Source: an uncultured Gammaproteobacteria bacterium (GTDB lineage: Bacteria > Patescibacteriota > Patescibacteriia > Magasanikbacterales > GWA2-37-8). Taken from it: a stretch of 47,546 bases of DNA. Below, in pieces: positions 32,942 through 42,024 of the stretch (its first letter is position 1; each line of letters begins with the position of its first letter). The stretch is taken from assembly GCA_964634875.1 (NCBI GenBank), contig CAZWKA010000009.1, positions 1 to 47,546 on the forward strand, written 5' to 3'. Below the pieces are notes generated by a model. It worked only from the letters and a program-made list of their open reading frames with translations. It made no database searches and was not told the DNA's origin. A program made the translations under genes and the position numbers.

Positions 32942-33487
32942 CTACCCTCTGGGAGTGCGGCTCTTATCTTTTAAAACTCCGTAATGCTTAAACACTTCGC
33001 TTGTCCCCCACGGCAATAAATCGTGTCGCGAAAAACCAAGTCCTCTAGCAACTTGCTCGAGCACTTTTTTGGTGGGTGCCTCTATTTCAAGATACGTTGG
33101 AATTTGTTTGAACGTATCAAATTCAAAATGAACTTTACCGAGCACATACGAACAACGGTGTTTTTTGAGCGGATACCCTTTTTTAGGCTGCAGACCAAGT
33201 GCCGAAAGAACCTGCACCATCGCCGCGCCGTCCTTTATTTCTGTTTCTATTTCTTCCGAAATTTTCGCCCCTACCTTGGAAACCAGTTTTTTATAGGTCA
33301 GACGAGTGCGACTTCCCTCTTGTCGAAGTCGAAGTAAACTTTCGTGTTTAGACAACCGTTTATCCTTAAAATCAAAAAGTGTATATACCATATCACCATC
33401 AAAAACCTTCTTAGCGCCGAGCGCCCGCAGCTTCTTTTCTATTACCGGCACGTTTACCTCCAGTATTTTCGCTTCTATTTCATGCAT
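32942..33487 (-). CDS. CYTH domain protein (class IV adenylate cyclase / triphosphate tunnel metalloenzyme family)
   Basis: The N-terminus MHEIEAKIL carries the ExExK signature. Size and beta-strand periodicity fit CYTH. The start is placed at the internal Met to avoid overlapping ruvB. Confidence 0.7.
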   Translation of the reverse strand: MHEIEAKILEVNVPVIEKKLRALGAKKVFDGDMVYTLFDFKDKRLSKHESLLRLRQEGSRTRLTYKKLVSKVGAKISEEIETEIKDGAAMVQVLSALGLQPKKGYPLKKHRCSYVLGKVHFEFDTFKQIPTYLEIEAPTKKVLEQVARGLGFSRHDLLPWGTSEVFKHYGVLKDKSRTPRG

Positions 33488-33544
33488 AGACAAGGGACTA
33501 GTTAAGTAGACTTCAAACCAGCTTTCCCGTATAATAGTAGCATT

Positions 33545-34582
33545 ATGGCTACTGATAATCAAAACCCTGCCGAGGAACGCCTGGTAGAGGCTGCTGCGAC
33601 CCCCGAAGAAACGACGCTAGAAATCACGCTGCGACCCCAACAATTTGAAGATTTTATCGGCCAGGAACAGATCAAACAGAACCTACATATTGCTATCCAG
33701 GCCGCCAAAAAACGCCAGGAACCCCTGGAGCATATTTTATTATACGGTAATCCTGGTCTTGGTAAGACAACCCTCTCACATATTATCGGACGGGAAATGA
33801 ATGCCAACGTTAAAGTTACTTCCGGGCCGACGCTTGAGAAAGTTGGCGACCTCGCCGCTATTCTTTCCAATCTCCAGGAGGGCGACATTTTGTTTATCGA
33901 CGAAATCCACCGACTCAACAAAACCATTGAAGAAGTTTTATATCCTGCGCTCGAAGATTATTCCCTCGACATCATCATCGGCAAAGGACCGGCTGCCCGC
34001 ACCATCCGCATGCCGCTAGCTCGATTCACGCTGATTGGCGCGACCACCAAGCTTAGTCTTTTATCATCGCCCTTGCGCGACCGTTTTGGCCACACGTACC
34101 ACCTGACATTTTACGAACCAACTGACATTGAAAAGATCCTCCGCCGCAACGCTCAGATCCTTTCAGTTACGCTCGACCCAACCGCTACACCGCTCATTGC
34201 TAGCCGCTCCCGCCGCACCCCGCGTATTGCCAACCGACTCTTGAAGCGTATCCGCGATGTGGCTGAGCTTGAAAACGACGGGCTCATTACCGACGCAGTG
34301 GCTAAACGCGCTCTCGCCCTACTTAATATTGACGAACACGGCCTCGATGAAGTTGATCGTCAGCTACTTTCCATTCTGATCCAGAAGTTTAGTGGCGGAC
34401 CAACCGGTCTTAATACACTCGCAGCTTCCGTGGCCGAAGAAATGGATACAATCGAAACAGTATACGAACCCTTTCTATTACAACTAGGGTTTATTGAACG
34501 CACACCACGCGGACGCGTCGCTACCGCTGCCGCCTACCAGCATCTGGGGTTTGATATGCCAAAAAAACAAACACTATTTTAA
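33545..34582 (+). CDS. ruvB: Holliday junction branch-migration helicase RuvB
   Basis: LRPQQFEDFIGQEQIK, Walker A GNPGLGKTT, Walker B ILFIDEIHRL, plus RTPRIANRLLKRIRD. Confidence 0.95.
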   Translation: MATDNQNPAEERLVEAAATPEETTLEITLRPQQFEDFIGQEQIKQNLHIAIQAAKKRQEPLEHILLYGNPGLGKTTLSHIIGREMNANVKVTSGPTLEKVGDLAAILSNLQEGDILFIDEIHRLNKTIEEVLYPALEDYSLDIIIGKGPAARTIRMPLARFTLIGATTKLSLLSSPLRDRFGHTYHLTFYEPTDIEKILRRNAQILSVTLDPTATPLIASRSRRTPRIANRLLKRIRDVAELENDGLITDAVAKRALALLNIDEHGLDEVDRQLLSILIQKFSGGPTGLNTLAASVAEEMDTIETVYEPFLLQLGFIERTPRGRVATAAAYQHLGFDMPKKQTLF

Positions 34583-34603
34583 ACGTGTACTTAATTTTTT
34601 ACC

Positions 34604-34858
34604 ATGTTCTCCATTCCCCTCGGAATTTTTCTCATTATCTACGGCGTGGCACTGATTATTATGGTAATTTTTTTTCTGGTTAACCTCCTCCACCTCATTC
34701 ACACCGGCACGTTCACCTTTTGGAGCATAGCTGTGACCGCCGCCGTCGGCGCATTCATGGTACTGGTAGTGTCCGTAACCTGGGGGTATATTGGCACCCT
34801 TGATTGGCAGGAGCCTGTTGTTATTTGGAATAACAGCGGCTTTAGTTCGACACTTTAA
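34604..34858 (+). CDS. Hypothetical small membrane protein
   Basis: 84 aa with two or three hydrophobic helices, immediately downstream of ruvB. Confidence 0.5.
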   Translation: MFSIPLGIFLIIYGVALIIMVIFFLVNLLHLIHTGTFTFWSIAVTAAVGAFMVLVVSVTWGYIGTLDWQEPVVIWNNSGFSSTL

Positions 34859-34868
34859 TTTTTTTATT

Positions 34869-35429
34869 ATGCACCTCTCAGGTTTCATCCGCCAAAAAAG
34901 TTACGAACATATTGTCCGCACCGTGCGCCGCAGTTTCATCACGTTTATTCCCACCATTCTCCTGACCCTCATTCTGCTCGCCATCCCCGTCATCCTCAAA
35001 TTTTTCTTTGACGCCTTGTTCCCTAATTTTTTAGCCAGCACCCCACTCCTCCCACTGTTTATTTTGTTTGTGAGCGTCTATTATCTATCAATCGGTATTT
35101 TTTTCTACTCGTCATTTGTTATTTTTTACCTCGACATGCTCGTCATTACCAACGACCGACTACTCGATATTGAACAACGCAACCTGTTTGCCCGCTCCAT
35201 TTCGGAAACCGATCTCTACCAAGTGCAAGATGTCAGCTCTGAGGTCATAGGGGTTTTTGCCACTATTTTTAATTATGGTAATGTTACCATCCAAACGGCC
35301 GGTGCGGTTCTTAAATTTATGGTTCACAACGTCCATGACCCAAACGGTTTACGCGATGAAATTTTGTCGCTCGCAGAAGAGGATCGAAAGTACCACACGT
35401 CCCATACACCAGGGATTGAGAGTCATTAA
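34869..35429 (+). CDS. Membrane protein with bacterial PH-like (YdbT/bPH_2-like) C-terminal domain
   Basis: Two TM helices followed by ...VITNDRLLDIEQRNLFARSISETDLYQVQDVSSEVIGVFATIFNYGNVTIQTAG. The start is at the ATG at 34869. Confidence 0.55.
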   Translation: MHLSGFIRQKSYEHIVRTVRRSFITFIPTILLTLILLAIPVILKFFFDALFPNFLASTPLLPLFILFVSVYYLSIGIFFYSSFVIFYLDMLVITNDRLLDIEQRNLFARSISETDLYQVQDVSSEVIGVFATIFNYGNVTIQTAGAVLKFMVHNVHDPNGLRDEILSLAEEDRKYHTSHTPGIESH

Positions 35430-35498
35430 TTTTTTTATTAACACTTCGAAGCAACCACCCTCCCCTACACCGCCCTCATATTCTTAAACCTCTTCCCT

Positions 35499-35969
35499 AT
35501 GAAAAAGTATTTCTGGCTCGGCTCTTTGGCGCTAATTATTATTCTGGTCGGTGCTGGGTGTTCGGACTTAAACAAGCGTGTTCCCGCCAGCAACAACCCG
35601 TCAAGCACTGTTTCGACCCCACCAACCACAACAAGCACTGAATCAACCCCAGTGAATCGCCGCTACAAAGCCAACGGGCCGGATGTCTGCGCCCGCATCA
35701 AATTTGCCTGTGAACCTGGTGAACATTACTTCAGTGACGCTGGCGGCTGCGGCTGCGAGCTCGACGACACAACGCTACCCCCTCCAACCACCAAACCACC
35801 AAAAGATGAGACTTTTTGTACTATGGAATATAAACCCGTCTGCGGGGAAAAAACTGTCTACTGCATCCGCGCGCCATGCCCGCCAGTAAAACAAACCTAC
35901 GGCAACCGCTGTGAAGCGGAAAAAGATGGCGCGCAAAATATCGTTGAGGGTGCTTGTGAAGAAAAATAA
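35499..35969 (+). CDS. Lipoprotein with C-terminal Kazal-like domain
   Basis: Lipobox VGAGC followed by a Thr/Pro/Ser linker. CTMEYKPVCGEKTVYCIRAPCPPVKQTYGNRCEAEKDGAQNIVEGAC fits the Kazal pattern C..Y.PVCG...TY.N.C....G.....G.C. Confidence 0.65.
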   Translation: MKKYFWLGSLALIIILVGAGCSDLNKRVPASNNPSSTVSTPPTTTSTESTPVNRRYKANGPDVCARIKFACEPGEHYFSDAGGCGCELDDTTLPPPTTKPPKDETFCTMEYKPVCGEKTVYCIRAPCPPVKQTYGNRCEAEKDGAQNIVEGACEEK

Positions 35970-36210
35970 ATCTCACGTAACACGTAGCACATACCACGTA
36001 ACAATCACTCGCCAACAATAAAATTACAATAAAAAATAATCAGCCCAGCAGGCTGATTATTTTAATTTCAAACACTTCAAACAATCACAATCGTTCAATC
36101 CCCGGAGCATTTGGCCGACACCCGTACTAGCCACAACGAGTTCGAACAGTGCTTTAGCAGCAGCACTACGTAATCAAGGGGATTGCTTCGCTCGCAATGA
36201 CAAAAGCTAT

Positions 36211-38127
36211 TTAATAAATCTTCTCCACTTCCGTCCCTGAATAATAATACCGCAGTATCTGGTCATACTTCCATTTATCAAGCTGCGCCCTGCGGCTGGC
36301 ATCCGCCCCACTCATCCCAACACCGTGACCGGCTTTCACCTTACCCACATCATGGACAGCGGGCACACTCACTAGCCAAGGCTTAGCCGCTCCGCCCCAT
36401 ACCTCTGTCCAGCTGCGCGTACGACCATCCGTTCGGCTAAAGTAGGGCGTAACAACTGGTGCGCCTTTGTAGGTTACCAGCTGCCCGGCCGTGGCGTAAG
36501 CTGCAAATGCGACCCGAGGCGAAGCAATCTCCGCCGCATACCCCAGGTACAACTGATCGGCCGTCGTTGGCACGACATCAAAAATAGCTTTTTTACCGGC
36601 TCGGGCATAGGTACGTTTATAGTACGCATAGCTGCGCTCAGCGATGGTCTGCGCGAGCATATACTCAAGCGCCGAGTCGTTCGATGTTTCGGCTACCCCG
36701 GCCACATACTGGTCTAGCGGCAGCTCATTAATTACATAGACCGCCTTACTGTTCGGCGCATACGCCAATTCCACAGTACCGCGATAGGTATTAAAATTTG
36801 CTTTGCGACTCGAGTAACGTCGATCGTAATTAACGAGCGTAAAAAAAGCTTCAGGGTCGATGGGGACTAAACGGATAGGATCTTTACTTTCAAAGCTTAT
36901 ACTGCCACCCGAAAAATAATACGTCCCACTCTTATAACTTAATTCACCTTCTTCACCGGCCGGCAAAACCCCCTCAGCCACACTACCTCCGAATACCTGG
37001 TACTCAGACGTCGATTTCACCACCACTGGCTTTTGGGTAGTGTACAAACCAACTCTGATGTCTGGTTTAGAAACTAGTGTCCGAGTTGGCACAAAAGAAA
37101 CTGGCTGGTAATTTTCTGGCGCATCCTCGTTCACAAGTACAGGAATCTCCAGTACTGCACCCGGGACAGCCTGACCACCAGTCCGCAAAGCAAAACGAAC
37201 TAAATATTTACCTTTTTTTACCGGCGCACGGAACATAAAGCTCAAAGGAAGTTTTGCTTCTGGTTCTACCCTGGTATCAAGACTAAGAACGACCGTTCCA
37301 GTTTGCCAAGTAGTATCAGCAACATCAAGCGGCAATCCGATTGTTGAAGTTGTAAGCGGCCTCGTCAGCGCCTCGCGCCATTCATAACCATCCCAGGCAC
37401 TAATCCCCTTATTCACAAGCTCAAGATTGACAGTGAGCTGTGTTCCGCCCGCAGCTTCGATCTGAGAAGGTGAGGTATTCTCAATAACCGCCGCCAAAGC
37501 CCCGGCTGGCACTGGCGTGCTACCCACAGACGCTTGAACTGGAGCTGGCGATGATTCAGGGGTTGAGCTTGCCTCACTGGCAGCTACTGTTGTCGGCAGA
37601 GTTCCAACTTGCTTTGCTGGCATTACTTTTATTTTGAAATAAAAAGTCCCACCTTGGATCCAGGTTGTGTCTTCGGCGGCTAAAGAAAAGTATTCAGTAT
37701 ACTCCCCTGCTTTTGTTGGGGCAGTAAGATCAATAACCAACTTCGCTGTTGCACCCGGTTTAGTTACTGTCGTTAGGACAGTAGGCTGATCGCCACGCAA
37801 CCAGGACTTTGCTCTAAACATACTATCGCGGTACTTTGGAGCGATCGTATACACTGACACAAAAGCTTTTCCAGTCGCACTCCAGCCAGTGGTACCCGTA
37901 TTTTTCATAGTCACGGTGACACGCTTAGTTTCACCAGCAATGATCTCAACCGGATCAGGAATACTTTGTGAAATAAAACTAGCACGGTAACGAGTATCGG
38001 TAACTGGCGGCTTTTCATACTTTACAGCCAAGGCTGGATCGAGACCGCCAAAAACCGCAGAAAAAATTAGTAGTACCGCCAATAACCGTGTCGTAAAATG
38101 AGTAAAAAAAGAAATATTTTTTTGCAT
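36211..38127 (-). CDS. SpoIID/LytB-domain protein with two N-terminal Ig-like modules
   Basis: C-terminal ELPLDQYVAGVAETSNDSALEYMLAQTIAERSYAYY ... VTPYFSRTDGRTRSWTEVWGG matches the SpoIID stage II sporulation D amidase-enhancer domain. There is an N-terminal signal peptide. Confidence 0.8.
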   Translation of the reverse strand: MQKNISFFTHFTTRLLAVLLIFSAVFGGLDPALAVKYEKPPVTDTRYRASFISQSIPDPVEIIAGETKRVTVTMKNTGTTGWSATGKAFVSVYTIAPKYRDSMFRAKSWLRGDQPTVLTTVTKPGATAKLVIDLTAPTKAGEYTEYFSLAAEDTTWIQGGTFYFKIKVMPAKQVGTLPTTVAASEASSTPESSPAPVQASVGSTPVPAGALAAVIENTSPSQIEAAGGTQLTVNLELVNKGISAWDGYEWREALTRPLTTSTIGLPLDVADTTWQTGTVVLSLDTRVEPEAKLPLSFMFRAPVKKGKYLVRFALRTGGQAVPGAVLEIPVLVNEDAPENYQPVSFVPTRTLVSKPDIRVGLYTTQKPVVVKSTSEYQVFGGSVAEGVLPAGEEGELSYKSGTYYFSGGSISFESKDPIRLVPIDPEAFFTLVNYDRRYSSRKANFNTYRGTVELAYAPNSKAVYVINELPLDQYVAGVAETSNDSALEYMLAQTIAERSYAYYKRTYARAGKKAIFDVVPTTADQLYLGYAAEIASPRVAFAAYATAGQLVTYKGAPVVTPYFSRTDGRTRSWTEVWGGAAKPWLVSVPAVHDVGKVKAGHGVGMSGADASRRAQLDKWKYDQILRYYYSGTEVEKIY

Positions 38128-38202
38128 AGACAGGTACTATAGCATCAATTGCGACCACGAACAACGCGTGCTATACTACTGACCAGATGTAACGCTAAAA
38201 AC

Positions 38203-39630
38203 ATGTCTACGACGCAAAAAATTGCCCACAATACTGCCGTACAGTTGGTCGGAAAAATTGCGTCCACTATCCTTGGGCTTGTGGCGGTCGCTATCATGAC
38301 TCGCACCCTCGGGGCGGAAAAATTTGGCTGGTACGTCACAGCCACCGGCTTTCTCCAATTCATCGGCATCCTGAGCGATTTTGGTTTTACGGTGACAACG
38401 GCTAACATGCTTGCCGAACCGGCTTTCGATAAAACCAAACTCTTCAATACCATTTTCACCTGGCGCGTTATTACGGCGCTTATTTTTCATCTTGCCGCAC
38501 CTGCACTCATTCTCTTTTTCCCATACCCGCCCGAGGTTAAGACAGCCGTCCTTATCGCTTCACTGTCATTCTTCGCCATTGCCATCAATCAGGTCTTCAT
38601 TGGTTATTACCAAGCAAACCTCCGCACACACATTCAAACTATTGGCGAAGTAGTTGGACGCATTATTTTGGTTGCAGGCGTCGGCTTCATCGGTATCACC
38701 AGCAAAAATTTTCTGGCTGTAATGGGCGCAATCACTCTAGCATCACTCGCAAACACTACGTATCTTATTTGGAAGCACGGACATACCTCCTTTTCACTCG
38801 ACCCACTTATTACCCGTGCTCTTGCCTCCAAGATGTGGCCGACAGCGCTGGCTGTTATTTTTAATGCGCTGTATCTGCAGGGCGACCGCGTCATCCTACC
38901 GCTCTTTGTAAGCCAGACAGCGGTAGGTTTCTACGGAGCCGCATATCGCGTGCTCGATATTGCCATCCAGCTGGCAGCAATGATCATGGGCATCCTTATG
39001 CCGCTCGTTACCTTTGCCTGGACACGCCAAAACCTTGAGGATTTTAAAAAATACTACCAACTCAGCCTTGATCTGGTGGCTTTTTTTCTCATCCCCATCA
39101 CGGTCGGTATTTTTGTTCTTCACACCCCCCTAATGCGCTTTATCGCTGGTTCTGAATTTGATGGGGCAGCCTCTATACTTACACTACTCAGTATTTCAAT
39201 TTTTGGCACCTGTTTTGGCATGGCTTTCGGCCATGTCTGTCTAGCTATCAATCGTCAGCGGCAGGCTCTATTCATTTACGCAAGCGACGCCATCCTCAGC
39301 ATCATTGGTTACCTTATCTTTATCCCCCGCTACGGCGTCTACGGCGCGATCGGGGTTACTATTTTTTCCGAATTCTACGCCGGAATCTTGCTGTGGGGAC
39401 TGGCTATTTACCACACCCGCTTTTCCCCGCGGCTGGGGACTTTTTTCAAAATCGCCTTTGCCAGTATCGTTATGGGGGCAGGCTTAACAATGACCAAAAA
39501 CCTTCCCTTACCTGCCAGTCTTGCAATCGGAACAGTGGTATACGGCATCGGAGCGCTAGCGCTTAAAGTTATTCCATGGAATCTTGTCCAACAAATCCTT
39601 GGTCGGGAAAAAATTGTGAAAACCGGCTAA
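38203..39630 (+). CDS. Oligosaccharide/polysaccharide flippase (MOP superfamily, Wzx-like)
   Basis: About 12-14 hydrophobic helices. The N-terminus KIAHNTAVQLVGKIASTILGLVAVAIMTRTLGAEKFG is typical of the Polysacc_synt family. Confidence 0.7.
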   Translation: MSTTQKIAHNTAVQLVGKIASTILGLVAVAIMTRTLGAEKFGWYVTATGFLQFIGILSDFGFTVTTANMLAEPAFDKTKLFNTIFTWRVITALIFHLAAPALILFFPYPPEVKTAVLIASLSFFAIAINQVFIGYYQANLRTHIQTIGEVVGRIILVAGVGFIGITSKNFLAVMGAITLASLANTTYLIWKHGHTSFSLDPLITRALASKMWPTALAVIFNALYLQGDRVILPLFVSQTAVGFYGAAYRVLDIAIQLAAMIMGILMPLVTFAWTRQNLEDFKKYYQLSLDLVAFFLIPITVGIFVLHTPLMRFIAGSEFDGAASILTLLSISIFGTCFGMAFGHVCLAINRQRQALFIYASDAILSIIGYLIFIPRYGVYGAIGVTIFSEFYAGILLWGLAIYHTRFSPRLGTFFKIAFASIVMGAGLTMTKNLPLPASLAIGTVVYGIGALALKVIPWNLVQQILGREKIVKTG

Positions 39631-39667
39631 GTCTGTTAGTATAACTCTACATATTAACCCTACTCGT

Positions 39668-40720
39668 ATGGATTTTGATAAAATTCGTAATTACGTATTT
39701 TTGGGCGCACTCGCCCTGGTGACTATTCTATGCTTTTCACTGCTCCGCCCTTTTGCCTACCCTATCTTCTGGGCCGCGGTCATTGCTGCTATTTCCTATC
39801 CGCTGTACCAAAGACTGTACACCTTTTTTCACCACCAAAATCTGGCTTCAGTCATGACACTTACGATAGTCACGATTATCATCCTTATTCCACTCACGAC
39901 TATCGGCACACTGCTCATCAGGGAATCTATTAACCTCTACGGATTGATCAATAATCCCGATTCTCCTATCAACACGACTATCCAAACAACAATTGATTTC
40001 TTTAAAAACAGTGCGTTCAGCCAAATCATCCGCGACAACCAACCTTTCCTAAGCGAAAAAATCTCTGAATTCGCCAAAACAGGGCTTTCGACTGTTTTTA
40101 CCACCCTCACCAACCTAACCCAAAACTCCGTAACCTTTGTGGTGATGTTTGTTCTGATGCTGTACACCCTCTTCTTCTTTTTACGCGATGGTGAAGGGAT
40201 GCTCAAAAAAATGATGCATATTTTCCCCCTGGGTGATAAATATGAAGTTTTGCTCTATAAAAAATTTACTTCCACAGCGAGTGCGGCAATTAAGGGCACA
40301 CTCGTTATCGGTGGAATCCAAGGCACATTAGGAGCCATCCTCTTTTCCATTGTTGGCATCCAGGGCGCATTGATCTGGGGTATCATTATGGCCTTTTTCT
40401 CGATCGTGCCTGCTGCCGGCTCTTCGCTCGTATGGCTCCCCGCCGGGATTATCCTGCTCCTTACCGGAAATATTTGGCAAGGTATTCTAGTTTTAATTGT
40501 TGGCGGACTCATTATCAGTACCATTGATAATTTTATCCGCCCGATCTTGGTAGGCAAAGACACCCAAATGCACCCGGCTCTTATTTTATTTTCAACGCTC
40601 GGCGGCATCGCGCTCTTTGGTATATCGGGCTTTGTTATCGGCCCCATCATCGCCTCGCTGTTCCTCGCCTTCTGGGAAATTTATGAAGCATACTATCGAA
40701 GGGAACTAACAAACAACTAA
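39668..40720 (+). CDS. AI-2E family transporter (PerM/UPF0118)
   Basis: 350 aa and polytopic, with the ...IDNFIRPILVGKDTQMHPALILFSTLGGIALFGISGFVIGPII motif of the family. Confidence 0.8.
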   Translation: MDFDKIRNYVFLGALALVTILCFSLLRPFAYPIFWAAVIAAISYPLYQRLYTFFHHQNLASVMTLTIVTIIILIPLTTIGTLLIRESINLYGLINNPDSPINTTIQTTIDFFKNSAFSQIIRDNQPFLSEKISEFAKTGLSTVFTTLTNLTQNSVTFVVMFVLMLYTLFFFLRDGEGMLKKMMHIFPLGDKYEVLLYKKFTSTASAAIKGTLVIGGIQGTLGAILFSIVGIQGALIWGIIMAFFSIVPAAGSSLVWLPAGIILLLTGNIWQGILVLIVGGLIISTIDNFIRPILVGKDTQMHPALILFSTLGGIALFGISGFVIGPIIASLFLAFWEIYEAYYRRELTNN

Positions 40721-40731
40721 AAGTTGTACGC

Positions 40732-40761
40732 AAGGACTTGGATAATCCCAGGTCCTTTTTT
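40732..40761 (+). terminator. Rho-independent terminator of the AI-2E gene
   Basis: A 10-bp stem AAGGACTTGG/CCCAGGTCCTT followed by a T-run. Confidence 0.65.
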
Positions 40762-40840
40762 AAATAAAAAACCACCTAAATAAGTGGGGGGGGGGATCTG
40801 CCGCCGGAGCGTTTGCGGCGGCAGACCAAAACGACAGAAC

Positions 40841-41497
40841 CTACCCTTGAAGCTTCAGGTATTTCTGCTCAAGGATGCAGGGGAAAACAATGGCGATGTT
40901 TCCTGCCGGATCCTGTATCAAAGAACGGCGGTAGGTTTTCTCCAAAGTGAACGTCACCAGCAGGTCATCGCCCTCCAGCATCGCTGCCTTGATGCAACAA
41001 CCGTCGGAGACTTGGGAGTAAACCGCCCCGGCGATAGTGAGTAGTAGGCAGCCGCTCGGACTCACATCCACCGCATCGATGTGCTGCGGGGCATGGAGGC
41101 GCGGCCTATCCAAAAAAGAAAGCGTAAAACCGTTGCCGAACCTGGCCAGATTATAGCTGTCGATACCACCATCATCCCGCTCAAAACTGACGTAGCGGGG
41201 CAGCCGGATGGTCACCTCAGGAAACGTGTCGATCGAAGCCACTAAGTACTCGACCCGACTCCCCTGAAGGTCGTGGTACCAGCCAGGACGCCCATCAACC
41301 GGACGGAAATTTTGCTCAACTTCCTCCCTGGTTACATAGCACGTGCCCTCGTCTTTCACAAAGACGTAATAATCCCCTTCGAGGACTACACCAGAAGCAA
41401 AGCGAACCGAGGTCGCCCCAAGCCTGATCAGATGCCGAGAAGTCGGCTTCCTGACCCAGCGGTCGGCATTCTCTGGAGACAATTGTGTGGGTTTCAT
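40841..41497 (-). CDS. Hypothetical cytoplasmic protein, moderately GC-elevated gene (islet 4)
   Basis: 218 aa with a GAGGAG SD about 10 nt upstream. No signal peptide and no motif I recognise. Confidence 0.6.
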   Translation of the reverse strand: MKPTQLSPENADRWVRKPTSRHLIRLGATSVRFASGVVLEGDYYVFVKDEGTCYVTREEVEQNFRPVDGRPGWYHDLQGSRVEYLVASIDTFPEVTIRLPRYVSFERDDGGIDSYNLARFGNGFTLSFLDRPRLHAPQHIDAVDVSPSGCLLLTIAGAVYSQVSDGCCIKAAMLEGDDLLVTFTLEKTYRRSLIQDPAGNIAIVFPCILEQKYLKLQG

Positions 41498-41570
41498 TTT
41501 TCATTTCTCCTCAAACGTTACCATATACAACCACGATCTTGCCGGAGCGTCAATATTTGGGCATAAAAAT

Positions 41571-41598
41571 ATAACTCCCGATAAATATCGGGAGTTAT
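41571..41598 (-). terminator. Terminator downstream of the tRNA-Gly/tRNA-fMet pair
   Basis: A 12-bp stem ATAACTCCCGAT-aaat-ATCGGGAGTTAT, followed by a T-rich tract on the minus strand. Confidence 0.6.
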
Positions 41599-41610
41599 AT
41601 AGCAACTCTG

Positions 41611-41684
41611 TTGCGGGGACCGGATTTGAACCGGTGACCTTCGGGTTATGAGCCCGACGAGCTTCCAGGCTGCTCCACCCCGCT
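41611..41684 (-). tRNA. Initiator tRNA-Met (anticodon CAU)
   Basis: The reverse complement AGCGGGGTGGAGCAGCCTGGAAGCTCGTCGGGCTCATAACCCGAAGGTCACCGGTTCAAATCCGGTCCCCGCAA is nearly identical to E. coli tRNA-fMet. It has three G-C pairs closing the anticodon stem and a mismatched 1:72 pair. Confidence 0.9.
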
Positions 41685-41757
41685 CTCTACGGACCATCGA
41701 GACGATGAACAACAGGGAGCGAACTGCTACACAGGTTTAAAAGATGCTTTTTTATTG

Positions 41758-41830
41758 AGCGGCAGACCGGATTCGAACCGGCGACCTCTTCCTTGGCAAG
41801 GAAGCGTTCTACCAACTGAACTACTACCGC
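41758..41830 (-). tRNA. tRNA-Gly (anticodon GCC)
   Basis: The reverse complement is GCGGTAGTAGTTCAGTTGGTAGAACGCTTCCTTGCCAAGGAAGAGGTCGCCGGTTCGAATCCGGTCTGCCGCT. The anticodon loop is TTGCCAA. Confidence 0.9.
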
Positions 41831-41859
41831 TTGATGGTTACTTTTCTACTACGGACGTA

Positions 41860-41887
41860 AGTATACTACAAAGGCTTTTTTTGTCAA
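41860..41887 (-). promoter_or_regulatory. Candidate promoter of the tRNA-Gly/tRNA-fMet operon
   Basis: Read on the minus strand: TTGACA (41887-41882), a 16-nt spacer, then TATACT (41865-41860), 30 nt upstream of tRNA-Gly. Confidence 0.55.
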
Positions 41888-41988
41888 TAAATAAACTGGG
41901 TTGTCTTAGTTGAGCGCTTCTACACCAACCCAAAGACTTCGCACCCCCAAACAGCACCTAGGAAACCAAAAAATATTTGCCACAAAAA

Positions 41989-42018
41989 ACATCCCCATAA
42001 GCATGGGGATGTTTTTTT
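41989..42018. terminator. Bidirectional rho-independent terminator
   Basis: A 10-bp stem ACATCCCCAT-aagc-ATGGGGATGT, flanked by an A-run and a T-run. Confidence 0.7.
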
Positions 42019-42024
42019 GAAAGT

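Noticed and set aside
41518-41712. A 64-aa ORF overlaps tRNA-fMet and its terminator.
   Set aside because: It coincides with a confidently folded initiator tRNA, so the ORF is spurious.
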